The translations under genes and the position numbers were made by a program. A model generated the notes under the pieces. The model saw only the letters and a list, made by a program, of their open reading frames with translations, was not told where the DNA came from and made no database searches. A stretch of 39,681 nt of DNA from a virus (taxonomy: Duplodnaviria > Caudoviricetes): positions 1 through 39,681 of IMG/VR virus record IMGVR_UViG_3300033067_000700. The stretch is one strand, 5' to 3'. Shown piece after piece: positions 20,418-28,902 of the stretch; within the stretch, counting starts at the first letter, position 1; each line of letters opens with the position of its first letter.

Positions 20418-20583
20418 TTATACCTGCACACGAGTAGTGTATGTCTGGCTAGACACTCCCCCACAGGGTCATACATATATATACATATCGGACAGGGACC
20501 CAGCCACACAACAGAGGTGGGGGGGCTACAATGGCATTTATTTTTTTATATCTTCTAATGACTAACTACGAGTATACGAGTGC

Positions 20584-21096
20584 CTAAGCACTAGGATCAT
20601 CTGCTAACTGATCAAGGATCTCTTGAGGTACTTCCTCGCTAGTGCCACTAAGGTTATAGGTAACAGATACATGCTTACTTTGCATCTCTACCCTTTGAGT
20701 TGCCTTGCCGTTGGCTTGCTCATACATAAACATGGCTACATCTGCCACCTTATTACCCTTCGCCTGACTGTCATCATTGACTAGTATATCTTCAAGCCTA
20801 CCCTCAGCCAGTCTTGCTAGGCGTGAGGCTGTTTCTACTCTGACTGCTACCTCTGATACAATGTCAGCTTTTGTCATGAGTTCGCTTGCATAATTCCTAA
20901 TAGTGCCATAAGCAAGATCTTTCTTTGCAGGGAAGGCTTTGCGATAAGCTGTTACCATTGAATAGCCTTTACCTACTAATGCACAAAAGGTTTGTTCTTC
21001 TACTGTAAGATCCGACACAGACAAGGTTTGATCTTTTACCCTGCCCCGATCTTTTGTGCTTATTACTTCGCCTTCGATGGCTTGTGCTTTGCTCAT
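20584..21096 (-). CDS. terS: Terminase small subunit
   Basis: EEQTFCALVGKGYSMVTAYRKAF...IRNYASELM helix-turn-helix and GKATQRVEM tail; first gene of the leftward arm. Confidence 0.7.
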   Translation of the reverse strand: MSKAQAIEGEVISTKDRGRVKDQTLSVSDLTVEEQTFCALVGKGYSMVTAYRKAFPAKKDLAYGTIRNYASELMTKADIVSEVAVRVETASRLARLAEGRLEDILVNDDSQAKGNKVADVAMFMYEQANGKATQRVEMQSKHVSVTYNLSGTSEEVPQEILDQLADDPSA

Positions 21097-21249
21097 GGTG
21101 TAGCCTTTCTTTTTAAGTGGTATATGTCTATTGATCTAATTGTATAACAATGCTTACACTTTTACCCTCGCCCGATCTGCCATGCTTACAATCACTTGAC
21201 AATATAACAGTGGTAACAGATTAAATTATATAATTATGTAAAAAAGTAC

Positions 21250-21305
21250 TTGACAATATAGAAATGGTTTGCTATTATAAGAGAGTAAACATGAAAGGAA
21301 CTAAC
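21250..21305 (+). promoter_or_regulatory. Early sigma70 promoter plus conserved leader GAAAGGAACTAAC
   Basis: TTGACA(21250)-17-TATTAT with TG extension; 13-mer at 21293-21305. Confidence 0.85.
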
Positions 21306-21308
21306 CAC

Positions 21309-21500
21309 ATGCAATCATCAATAACTAATAAAAAGGTAATCAATACACTTGTTAATGCAGGTTATGGATCAACATCACTTGCATACATACTTTGCGAGCT
21401 TGAAGATCACCCGACACAACGAGAGTTTATCTTGTGTTACTGGTTGAACAAAAGTGCAGAGAGCCAGATCGTTAAAGAACTATTAAAGGAACTAGCATAA
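21309..21500 (+). CDS. Hypothetical early protein (63 aa)
   Basis: Start moved to ATG 21309 behind the conserved RBS. Confidence 0.65.
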   Translation: MQSSITNKKVINTLVNAGYGSTSLAYILCELEDHPTQREFILCYWLNKSAESQIVKELLKELA

Positions 21501-22249
21501 TGACACAGCAAGAAATAACCTATAAAGCACTTATTGATCAGATGCTTACATTTGAAGGATCAATGACAGATACTTACTCACGCTTTTATAATTACAGTTA
21601 TTACAATATGGCGTTGCTTTACTATCAAGGCGTTAAAACACCAGTTGCCACCTATAAGAAATGGCTTGAACTTGGACGACAAGTGCAAAAGGGATCTAAA
21701 GCTAAAGTTATCTGTATGCCTCGTATGTATAAGAATGAGGACAATGAAACAGAAATAGCTGGCTTTTCACTTCGCCCGACAGTGTTTGAATACTCACAGA
21801 CTGACGGTGAAGAACTTGAAATGCCACAGCCTAAGACTTGGCACATCTTAACCGCTACCGAAAAGCTAGGCATTAAAGAAGTATCTTACAATGCTTTACT
21901 AGGTAGCAATGGGAACGCTCAAGGCTACAGCATTAAGATGGAATATGCAGTAAGCCTGATGGCTAAATATCCTCTTAAGACCACACTTCATGAGATCGCT
22001 CATATCGTACTTGGACACACCACAAGGGACACGCAAGACGAAGAACACTCAGGCATCAGAGAGTTTCAGGCTGAGGCTACCGCTTACCTAGTCATGAAAG
22101 AACTCAAGATGACTAAGTGCATGAACGAAGGCGAAAGCCGAGCCTATGTGCAAAATTGGGTAAAGGGTACTCAGATCGAAGAGAAAGACCTTAAGCAAGT
22201 ATTCACAGCAGTAAACAAAATCATTAACGCAGGAAGGGAAGAGGCGTAG
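21500..22249 (+). CDS. ArdC-like protein (N-terminal ssDNA-binding domain plus zincin-like HExxH domain)
   Basis: YSYYNMALL...VATYKKWLELGRQVQKGSKA...VFEYSQT matches the ArdC N-terminal domain; TLHEIAHIVLGH...EFQAEATAY...Y..NW. Confidence 0.8.
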   Translation: MTQQEITYKALIDQMLTFEGSMTDTYSRFYNYSYYNMALLYYQGVKTPVATYKKWLELGRQVQKGSKAKVICMPRMYKNEDNETEIAGFSLRPTVFEYSQTDGEELEMPQPKTWHILTATEKLGIKEVSYNALLGSNGNAQGYSIKMEYAVSLMAKYPLKTTLHEIAHIVLGHTTRDTQDEEHSGIREFQAEATAYLVMKELKMTKCMNEGESRAYVQNWVKGTQIEEKDLKQVFTAVNKIINAGREEA

Positions 22250-22275
22250 AGCCTCAACCCTCGAAAGGATCTAAT

Positions 22276-22479
22276 ATGAAAAGCTATAAAGTCGGAACAC
22301 ATATCAACCTTAAAAAGAAAGATCATACTAAGTTATATATCTTCTTGGCAGGTGTAGCCGTTGCTTTACTCGCCCCCTTCTTGATTGATTGGGTATTGTT
22401 TGGAACGCCCACGCCTTGCCACACTGTAAAAGTATATGAAGATGGCTCAAGCCTTCAGGCTTGTAAGGTAAGGAACTAA
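22276..22479 (+). CDS. Small membrane protein (67 aa)
   Basis: Transmembrane segment LYIFLAGVAVALLAPFLIDWVLF; RBS GAAAGGATCTAAT. Confidence 0.7.
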   Translation: MKSYKVGTHINLKKKDHTKLYIFLAGVAVALLAPFLIDWVLFGTPTPCHTVKVYEDGSSLQACKVRN

Positions 22480-22480
22480 T

Positions 22481-22699
22481 ATGATCACACTTAAACGATA
22501 CAACGAGCAGAGCTTTACTCAAGCCGAAGAAGAGGCAGTGAACGCCCTTCACGACAATTTGACAGAGTTCTTTAAGGCTATGGGCTTTGAAGATGAAACG
22601 ATAGACTATGCCACCGAAGATCTGTATAACTTCCTTGATCCGAACATGGCTAAATATATAAAGTTTAATAATTCTGTAAAGAAACGCTTGACAAAATAG
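22481..22699 (+). CDS. Hypothetical protein (72 aa)
   Basis: RBS AAGGAACTAAT. Confidence 0.7.
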   Translation: MITLKRYNEQSFTQAEEEAVNALHDNLTEFFKAMGFEDETIDYATEDLYNFLDPNMAKYIKFNNSVKKRLTK

Positions 22700-22741
22700 A
22701 CCGAGCTTGCTATACTGAAAGAGTAAAAGAAAGGAACTAAC
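22688..22741 (+). promoter_or_regulatory. Early sigma70 promoter plus conserved leader GAAAGGAACTAAC
   Basis: TTGACA(22688)-17-TATACT with TG extension; 13-mer at 22729-22741. Confidence 0.85.
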
Positions 22742-22978
22742 ATGAACCGACAAGATAAAGCCGAGCTACTAGCAGATATTTGCGTGGAGCTTGCAAAACG
22801 AGAAAAGGCACAGCGTGGCAATGGTTGGCACGAGCTTATGGGAGTATCACAAGATCTTCTAGGCTTAATGATACAACGCCGACACCACGACAACGGCGAA
22901 ACATCTGTAGTAGTTTATGACAGCGTGGACGATTGGAAGAACAACCGAGAGCCACTTGTAGTGAGGAGTGAGCAATAA
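22742..22978 (+). CDS. Hypothetical protein (78 aa)
   Basis: Directly behind the promoter and conserved RBS. Confidence 0.7.
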   Translation: MNRQDKAELLADICVELAKREKAQRGNGWHELMGVSQDLLGLMIQRRHHDNGETSVVVYDSVDDWKNNREPLVVRSEQ

Positions 22979-23124
22979 TGGAAGAACACAGCCGTTTTGA
23001 TCCCGATCACTATAGCAAGTGCCAGCCTTGTTATGAAGATCATCTTGACTTCTGTATGGAGCAAGAGGACGAGGCAAGGCTTGATGCAATGATCGAGCAG
23101 GAAGAATACGAGGAGGTGTTATGA
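22978..23124 (+). CDS. Small acidic protein (48 aa, MEEHSRFDPDHYSKCQPCYEDH...)
   Basis: TAATG overlap upstream and ATGA overlap downstream; below the track cutoff. Confidence 0.6.
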   Translation: MEEHSRFDPDHYSKCQPCYEDHLDFCMEQEDEARLDAMIEQEEYEEVL

Positions 23125-23357
23125 GTGTATCACTTCTCGAAGTCATAGAGCATGGCGGTTATGATCTGAACACTCTCGAAGATGCTTACTGGTTAAAAAG
23201 TAAATCAAGCGAGTGGGACGAGTTACTTGAAAAGGCTGAAAAGTTGATCGAGGAACACGAAGAAGAAGAGAACCGCAAAGCCGAAGAAGAATATCAAGCA
23301 AAGTTTGGCGATGAGCCAGACGATGATTATCACAAAGATATGCAAGAAGAAAGGTAA
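23121..23357 (+). CDS. Acidic hypothetical protein (78 aa)
   Basis: SD GGAGG; very E/D-rich. Confidence 0.7.
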   Translation: MSVSLLEVIEHGGYDLNTLEDAYWLKSKSSEWDELLEKAEKLIEEHEEEENRKAEEEYQAKFGDEPDDDYHKDMQEER

Positions 23358-23362
23358 ACACT

Positions 23363-23548
23363 ATGAGTAAAATTGGAAACGTAAATCTAATGATCACCGA
23401 GATCGCTGAAGATCTAGGCATCGAAAACGATCCTGCAAACTTCACCGATAGCGAGAAGACAGCCGTAAAAGCTGAACTTGAAACGATCATCAAAACTAAC
23501 TCTTGTGAGGCTGATTGTCCACACCGAGCAGCACTAGGCTTACTATGA
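23363..23548 (+). CDS. Hypothetical protein (61 aa)
   Basis: SD GAAAGG; within the operon. Confidence 0.65.
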   Translation: MSKIGNVNLMITEIAEDLGIENDPANFTDSEKTAVKAELETIIKTNSCEADCPHRAALGLL

Positions 23549-23820
23549 AACTATCACGCCTAACACCTGCACAACTATTCAAGATCAAAGCCCCTGTATG
23601 GGGCAGCCGATCCGTTGGACTTGCTACCTATAAAGTAGGACAGCACAACGAGATCCGTATTGAAACAACTAACAAGGAAGGAGCATTGCTTTACCCTCAA
23701 CCGCTTTACATCAGTGGCGAGAAAGCACGATCATACCCGATTGAACCAGTAAAGAAGAACCCTAACATCAAGCTATACATCATACCGATCTCAGATCTTG
23801 AGGTGCTAGAGCGTGAGTGA
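23545..23820 (+). CDS. Hypothetical protein (91 aa)
   Basis: ATGA-coupled start at 23545 (MKLSRLTP...). Confidence 0.65.
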   Translation: MKLSRLTPAQLFKIKAPVWGSRSVGLATYKVGQHNEIRIETTNKEGALLYPQPLYISGEKARSYPIEPVKKNPNIKLYIIPISDLEVLERE

Positions 23821-23950
23821 GGTATTACAGAACACACTTATATTTTCAGGCATCGCACTATTTTTCATCACTTGGGGAGTAGTGAGTTGGTACATAGATA
23901 AACGAAAGGAAAAGAACAATGGCAGGACGACCAAAGCAAACGCAAGCTAA
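23813..23950 (+). CDS. Small single-pass membrane protein (45 aa)
   Basis: GTG start; LIFSGIALFFITWGVVSWYI followed by basic residues. Confidence 0.5.
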   Translation: MSEVLQNTLIFSGIALFFITWGVVSWYIDKRKEKNNGRTTKANAS

Positions 23951-24134
23951 CTTAGCAGCACTTAAGAAACTCGATAAACTTGAAACACCTATCGTAACAG
24001 TACGACCATTGATCGCTTATATCATGCGTGAGAGTGATTGCACCCTTCAAGAGATCGCAGACGTTTTTAACGTATCACGCCAACAGGCAGAAAATATCTA
24101 CAATAAAGCGAAAAGGGAACTAGGTGGTGAGTAA
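23919..24134 (+). CDS. Helix-turn-helix DNA-binding protein (sigma70 region 4-like)
   Basis: TLQEIADVFNVSRQQAENIYNKA. Confidence 0.8.
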   Translation: MAGRPKQTQANLAALKKLDKLETPIVTVRPLIAYIMRESDCTLQEIADVFNVSRQQAENIYNKAKRELGGE

Positions 24135-24636
24135 AACAGCAACAGCAGTCATATCATTTTTTATTGGTATGGGAGTAATCGTAGTCGGGCTAACTCTTGG
24201 AGTAGCATTGATCGTTAATGGCATAAGTGAACGAAAGACTTTTGTTATCGACAAAGAGTGGACCGTTGCAGTGAATGAATACCGTAAGCAAAACAATGTT
24301 GAACCAGTAAAAGAGGACTACTTTTTGAACACGCTCGCAGCAGCGAAATGCGATGATATGGTTGAACGTAACTATTACAGCCACTATGATCCTGATGGTA
24401 AGCGTATTGATGCACTAGCGATGAAACTATACTCATTTGATCTTAATAAAGAGGCTTGGGCTGAGAACATACATAAAGGTGCAATATATACGTCAAGTAA
24501 AACAATGCTCGATTGGTATAATTCGCCAGAGCATAGAAAAGCCATGCTTGATCCAGTTTATACACGAGTTGGACACGCTCAATGTTATTCAGGCAGCAGT
24601 TATACAATGGTGGAGGTTTTTACCGATGAATACTAG
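24124..24636 (+). CDS. Membrane-anchored CAP (SCP/PR-1) domain protein
   Basis: N-terminal transmembrane segment; VNEYRKQN, DMVERNYYSH, AENI, WYNSPEHRKAMLDPVYTRVG and VEVF. Confidence 0.88.
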   Translation: MVSKTATAVISFFIGMGVIVVGLTLGVALIVNGISERKTFVIDKEWTVAVNEYRKQNNVEPVKEDYFLNTLAAAKCDDMVERNYYSHYDPDGKRIDALAMKLYSFDLNKEAWAENIHKGAIYTSSKTMLDWYNSPEHRKAMLDPVYTRVGHAQCYSGSSYTMVEVFTDEY

Positions 24637-24970
24637 CATACCAGCAGAGCCGTTTGATCCTAAGACATTTGAGGATCTTGTGTTTCTGATGGACAAGACT
24701 GTTGAAACTCTGAGCAATAAATATCAGATGAGCGAAATGGACAGCATGATCCTAGTCAATACTTTTAAGATGGCTTGTGGTGAATATCACCGTATGGTTG
24801 AAGAAGGACTTGTGCCTTTTCAGTTTCAATACCGCCGAGATAAACCACGACAAGTTGAACATAATTTGACCGACATCAGTTTGTGTATGAGTTGTTTTGC
24901 TATGACACACTCAGTCGATATTAACGGAAGATTGTGTTGCGGTAAGTGCAAAGAATTAAAGCAAAACTAA
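24626..24970 (+). CDS. Hypothetical protein with C-terminal Zn ribbon (114 aa)
   Basis: Start at ATG 24626 behind GGAGG; CMSC...CGKC. Confidence 0.65.
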   Translation: MNTSIPAEPFDPKTFEDLVFLMDKTVETLSNKYQMSEMDSMILVNTFKMACGEYHRMVEEGLVPFQFQYRRDKPRQVEHNLTDISLCMSCFAMTHSVDINGRLCCGKCKELKQN

Positions 24971-25035
24971 AAGCAGAGGCGAAGAGAGTTGAAAGGAACT
25001 AACTTAAAACTTCTTGTGTGCCTCTGCTTTTATTA
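24966..25035 (-). ncRNA. Candidate ~70-nt anti-RBS sRNA (sRNA-1); the hairpin also acts as a bidirectional terminator
   Basis: TGTTATAAT at 25050-25042; perfect 13-bp stem 24968-24980/25020-25032; loop contains GUUAGUUCCUUUC; ends in a U-tract. Confidence 0.6.
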
Positions 25036-25065
25036 CTATACATTATAACAGATATGTGGAAAAGT

Positions 25066-25512
25066 TTACAGAGAACGCTTTAACTTTTTATATTTTATCA
25101 ATCTTTTAGTATCCCACCGACCATTTTTATCAAGCATATTGTACTCACGCAACACACCGAAAGCAGTCTCTAAAGTTGATAGCCCACCGCTCGTATATAC
25201 TCCAGGCTCTGGCTCGTAACCCCACTGATAGATAACTTCCATAGCGAAGTCAAGCATCTCACGGTTGCGTGGAACCGAGATCTCTGGCGTAAGCATAAAG
25301 TCTTCTATCAGCTTCCTAGTCTCTTCGACCGCTTCGCTACGATCATTCGCTGAGTTGCCTATCTCAAACATTTTGTTCATCATCTGATTAGCAACTCGTG
25401 CATACGTCCTGGTTGCTATACGTTGCTCTTCAGTTAGTAAACTTTTCATGCTACCCCCTTCTAAGGTTTCACTTTTATTTGTTAATCGTTTTTTATAATC
25501 TTCGTAATTCAT
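25066..25512 (-). CDS. Hypothetical protein (start uncertain: 25512 or 25449)
   Basis: Lone minus-strand ORF inside the early arm, downstream of a long non-coding region. Confidence 0.65.
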   Translation of the reverse strand: MNYEDYKKRLTNKSETLEGGSMKSLLTEEQRIATRTYARVANQMMNKMFEIGNSANDRSEAVEETRKLIEDFMLTPEISVPRNREMLDFAMEVIYQWGYEPEPGVYTSGGLSTLETAFGVLREYNMLDKNGRWDTKRLIKYKKLKRSL

Positions 25513-25549
25513 ACTCACCAACCCCCGACTGCTTCGCTGTGCTCGCAAT

Positions 25550-25990
25550 CGTCCCCATGCTTGGGGAGATTATAGTTTATTATTTATAGATTATAGTATT
25601 GCTTTATATCGGACAGGAGAGGAGAGGACACAGCCCCCCCTACCCCCCACCAGTTTTTCTGATGAGTAGGTAGGAGGAGCGGTATAAGCTATCGGCTCAG
25701 TGTCGGATCGGCTTACATGGTAGTTACCCCTCGCACCCCTGCGTTATCACTACCTACATCTACCCTCACTTACGCCACTGACATTTGATACTGTGTACCC
25801 GTCCTGTATAACGATCCCTATTGGACTTTGTGAATTGAAGTGTTGCAACTTCTCTACTTACGTTGGTAAATGTACCCTGACAACCCCTTGTGAATTGTAG
25901 TTGTCTTTGCTATCATAACACTGTGAATTGTAGTGAGGCAATAGCCTATCTCGATAAACATTGAACCGCCCCTGTTGGCGGTTTTTTGTT
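25550..25990. other. Large non-coding region; putative replication origin / regulatory RNA locus
   Basis: AT-rich patch 25570-25608, C7-TA-C6 tract 25634-25648, three TGTGAATTG repeats, overlapping divergent promoters; adjacent to the helicase operon. Confidence 0.45.
25964..25987 (+). terminator. Intrinsic terminator
   Basis: AACCGCC-CCTGTT-GGCGGTT-TTTT. Confidence 0.8.
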
Positions 25991-26012
25991 ACCTGTGGAA
26001 AACTTAAACAGA

Positions 26013-26066
26013 TTGAAAAATCAAGCCATTTTTGCTATACTATCAGCAGCACAGAAAGGAACTAAC
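26013..26066 (+). promoter_or_regulatory. Promoter plus conserved leader GAAAGGAACTAAC
   Basis: TTGAAA(26013)-17-TATACT with TG extension; 13-mer at 26054-26066. Confidence 0.8.
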
Positions 26067-26072
26067 AAAATA

Positions 26073-26348
26073 GTGCTTAGACCAACGGCATACCAGACGT
26101 TTGATGAATTGAGGGACTTTTACCTTGATTATATTCGTGTCAATCGTGAGGTTATGAAGGCATTAAAAGGCGGTATAGATCGCAGCAGTGATATACAATT
26201 TAAGAAAGATTGCTGGGAAAGCATACACATCACTCAAGAAGAGAATAAGCGTATCTATGAAGAACTGAAAGAGTGTCAGCGTTGGTGGATTAAAGATGGT
26301 AAATCTAAATACGAAGAGAGGGTAGAAAAAATAAATGGCAGGATCTGA
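26073..26348 (+). CDS. Hypothetical protein upstream of the helicase (91 aa)
   Basis: GTG start at 26073 behind the conserved RBS; the track's upstream start runs through the promoter. Confidence 0.65.
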   Translation: MLRPTAYQTFDELRDFYLDYIRVNREVMKALKGGIDRSSDIQFKKDCWESIHITQEENKRIYEELKECQRWWIKDGKSKYEERVEKINGRI

Positions 26349-27291
26349 TTATTGGAAAAAACGCTTTAAGGGCATGGAAGATACTGAGTTTCAGGAAGTT
26401 GAAAAGGCAGTTATCGAACGAGGGGCAGAAAGTGATATTGCAGAGCCGAACGATGGTTTGATTAGCATTGACGATATTGCAGACGATATTAAAGAAGAGT
26501 TTGAAAGTTGGGGCAAAGTACGAGGCTTACGATCAGGCTACACCACCCTAGATAAAAAGCTAGGCGGAATGGGTGAAGGTCATGTGATCCTTATTGGTGG
26601 TGAAACCAGTAACGGTAAATCAGCACTCGCCACTAACATTGCGGTCAATGTCGCAAAGACCGATCCAGTGCTATACATCACACTTGAGATGCAAGCAAAA
26701 GAGATCGGTAGTCGCATCATGCATATCTACGGTGAGAACGTGGGTGATCTTCAGATGCTATTTCAATCACAGTTTAGGCTTACCTATAAAGACGTAAAGC
26801 CTCTTCTTAAGAACGCTATGGAATATGCAGGGATCAAGCTCGTAGTATTGGACTACCTTCAATACTTAGGGCGTGGTATGAAAATGGAAGAAGTAGCGAT
26901 CATGAGCAAGGAAATGAAAACGCTCGCCCTTGAGTTTAATATACCTTTTATAGTGATCGTATCACTTCGTAAGGCAGAGCAGGGCAAAGGTAAACGCAAG
27001 TGGACCGATATTGAGATTGAAGATCTTATGGGTACTGGTAGCATTGGCTATGATGCAGATGCAGCAATTATTGTAAGCCGTAAGGATCTCAACAACGAGT
27101 ATGATGAGGACAATGTATATGTGAAGATCCTCAAAACTCGTAACGCTCGCTTGGACTACACTGATCGTTATGTTGCACTTAAATGGGATCGCACTCGTAT
27201 CACTGAGGACTTTGTTGAGGCTATCAACTCAGGCAAAGACGAAGGCTGGGAAGAGGCAGGAACACAGCAAAATATGCTTGACAAACACTAA
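26335..27291 (+). CDS. dnaB: DnaB-like SF4 replicative helicase (C-terminal ATPase domain only)
   Basis: SGYTTLDKKLGG, Walker A GETSNGKS, TLEM, VVLDYLQ, KTLALEFNIPFI, GTGSIGYDAD and KTRN. Confidence 0.92.
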   Translation: MAGSDYWKKRFKGMEDTEFQEVEKAVIERGAESDIAEPNDGLISIDDIADDIKEEFESWGKVRGLRSGYTTLDKKLGGMGEGHVILIGGETSNGKSALATNIAVNVAKTDPVLYITLEMQAKEIGSRIMHIYGENVGDLQMLFQSQFRLTYKDVKPLLKNAMEYAGIKLVVLDYLQYLGRGMKMEEVAIMSKEMKTLALEFNIPFIVIVSLRKAEQGKGKRKWTDIEIEDLMGTGSIGYDADAAIIVSRKDLNNEYDEDNVYVKILKTRNARLDYTDRYVALKWDRTRITEDFVEAINSGKDEGWEEAGTQQNMLDKH

Positions 27292-27334
27292 TTCGTTTGT
27301 TATGATGGGTACATCAAAGCAGAAAGGAACTAAC
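27278..27334 (+). promoter_or_regulatory. Promoter plus conserved leader GAAAGGAACTAAC
   Basis: TTGACA(27278)-17-TATGAT with TG extension; 13-mer at 27322-27334. Confidence 0.85.
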
Positions 27335-27335
27335 T

Positions 27336-27518
27336 TTGAAAAAGAATATTAAAGTAACGTTTTACGAAGAACTAAAAAAAGGCACAATCGTTAGAGCTAT
27401 CGCAACAGGTATTGGCACACACCCTTTTCTTGTTGTTCGTGATGATCAACCGATAGGTACGTTCGCTACTGTAACAAACATAAATGGAAAGACATATCTG
27501 GTATGGGATCAGGTATAA
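27336..27518 (+). CDS. Hypothetical protein (60 aa)
   Basis: TTG start behind the conserved RBS. Confidence 0.6.
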   Translation: MKKNIKVTFYEELKKGTIVRAIATGIGTHPFLVVRDDQPIGTFATVTNINGKTYLVWDQV

Positions 27519-27715
27519 GTTTCAATACCATTAAAGATATTGTCGTAGCTCATGACGGCAAGAGCAAAGATATACTGACCGCAAACCTTGTGAAAGTGTT
27601 TGCTGATGAACTAATCAAAGAAAGGGCGAGGGTAACTCAGGAACTATTATCATCGGGGTATATAAAACCAGAACATCAAGTTAATGCATATAAAATAGCA
27701 AAGGAATTGAAATGA
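27503..27715 (+). CDS. Hypothetical protein (70 aa)
   Basis: Overlapping operon ORF. Confidence 0.55.
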   Translation: MGSGISFNTIKDIVVAHDGKSKDILTANLVKVFADELIKERARVTQELLSSGYIKPEHQVNAYKIAKELK

Positions 27716-27876
27716 GTGAGTTTCAAGAACGACCTGTTGAGGGAACATCTGAGTACCACCTATACATGCTTAAAAAGCTCGCAGCGTGGCTACAACGTAA
27801 CCCTAAGCAAACTAAGTTAGTTGATGATGAACTTGCAGCAGTACGCTGGGCTATCGGACTAATAGAAGGTAAGTAA
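27712..27876 (+). CDS. Small hypothetical protein (54 aa, MSEFQERPVEG...)
   Basis: ATGA-coupled; SD AAAGGA; below the track cutoff. Confidence 0.6.
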   Translation: MSEFQERPVEGTSEYHLYMLKKLAAWLQRNPKQTKLVDDELAAVRWAIGLIEGK

Positions 27877-27881
27877 TAACT

Positions 27882-28901
27882 ATGTCAGAAATAAAAGTAG
27901 TTGGTTTAAGTTTCCGCCGAGTAACAAAGAAACTTCGCAGGAATAGCAAGGTAACACTTGTACCAGAGCCAACAAATAAATACGATCCTAACGCCCTCGC
28001 AGTTCACGCTGATGATGGTACTATGATCGGTTACATTGGTAAGGCTGATCCTTTCCGAGAAACACTTTTGAGCATGGCTAATAAAGAACCAGTAACCTTG
28101 AAGGTACTGATCGCACGACATCACAAAGAAGGTGATGACAAGCTATGGGAAAGCGTACAGGAAGGTGATCTTGTTCAGTTGTGGCTTGAGCCAGAAAAGA
28201 CAATGCGTAACGATAATCTATTCACTGAGGTTACGTCATTCACTGGTGAAAAGGTACTGTGGAGCGAGTTCTTACACGAGGCTACCGATCTTGAGGGTAA
28301 TACCCTTATGGGTGGATCTACCTACGCTAAACAGTTTGAGAGTGAGTTTGATGCAGTAAACATTGCTAAACGATACGCTAAGAAGAATGGCTATGATGCC
28401 GTTATGGTTCAGCAGTATTGGGAAAGCATGGGACGGCTATCAGCAGACTTTGGTACATCAGTACACAAGGCACTTGAACACTATGGTAAATATGCAAAGG
28501 TCTTTGGACACGAAGAGTGTATGCCTCGTATGCAACCGCTACGAGATGCAGTTGAGGCTTTTCTAGCCACCGCCGACTTTGAAGGCACAATTTCTGAACC
28601 GCTTATCACTGATGTTAAACAAGGTATGAGTGGTTGGGTCGATCTACTCAGGTTTACTGGTGATAAGGAAGTCTACATTGAGGACTTTAAGACCAACACC
28701 TTTAAGGAAGGCGACTATGCCACTAAGTGGAATAAGAGCCTTGCCATTTACCGCCACCAACTTAACTACTATGGTACGATCTTACAAAATCATGGCTATA
28801 CAGTTAAGGGCTTGGTAATCTGGCACTACCATGAGGGTAGTTGGAACAAGCACACAAGCGAGTTTACGCCTGTGGAAAACTATGTAAGAAAGGAAGTTTA
28901 A
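27882..28901 (+). CDS. HIRAN domain fused to a PD-(D/E)XK exonuclease
   Basis: VVGLSFR...LVPEPTNKYDPNALAV...IGYI is HIRAN; GTSVHKALE, GWVDLL, IEDFKT and QLNYY match a RecB/Cas4-like nuclease. Confidence 0.85.
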   Translation: MSEIKVVGLSFRRVTKKLRRNSKVTLVPEPTNKYDPNALAVHADDGTMIGYIGKADPFRETLLSMANKEPVTLKVLIARHHKEGDDKLWESVQEGDLVQLWLEPEKTMRNDNLFTEVTSFTGEKVLWSEFLHEATDLEGNTLMGGSTYAKQFESEFDAVNIAKRYAKKNGYDAVMVQQYWESMGRLSADFGTSVHKALEHYGKYAKVFGHEECMPRMQPLRDAVEAFLATADFEGTISEPLITDVKQGMSGWVDLLRFTGDKEVYIEDFKTNTFKEGDYATKWNKSLAIYRHQLNYYGTILQNHGYTVKGLVIWHYHEGSWNKHTSEFTPVENYVRKEV

Positions 28902-28902
28902 T

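Noticed and set aside
20485-25617. ATATCGGACAGG repeated in two intergenic regions (partial copy near 9403)
   Set aside because: A single 12-mer pair is expected by chance in 40 kb, and no shared context is evident.
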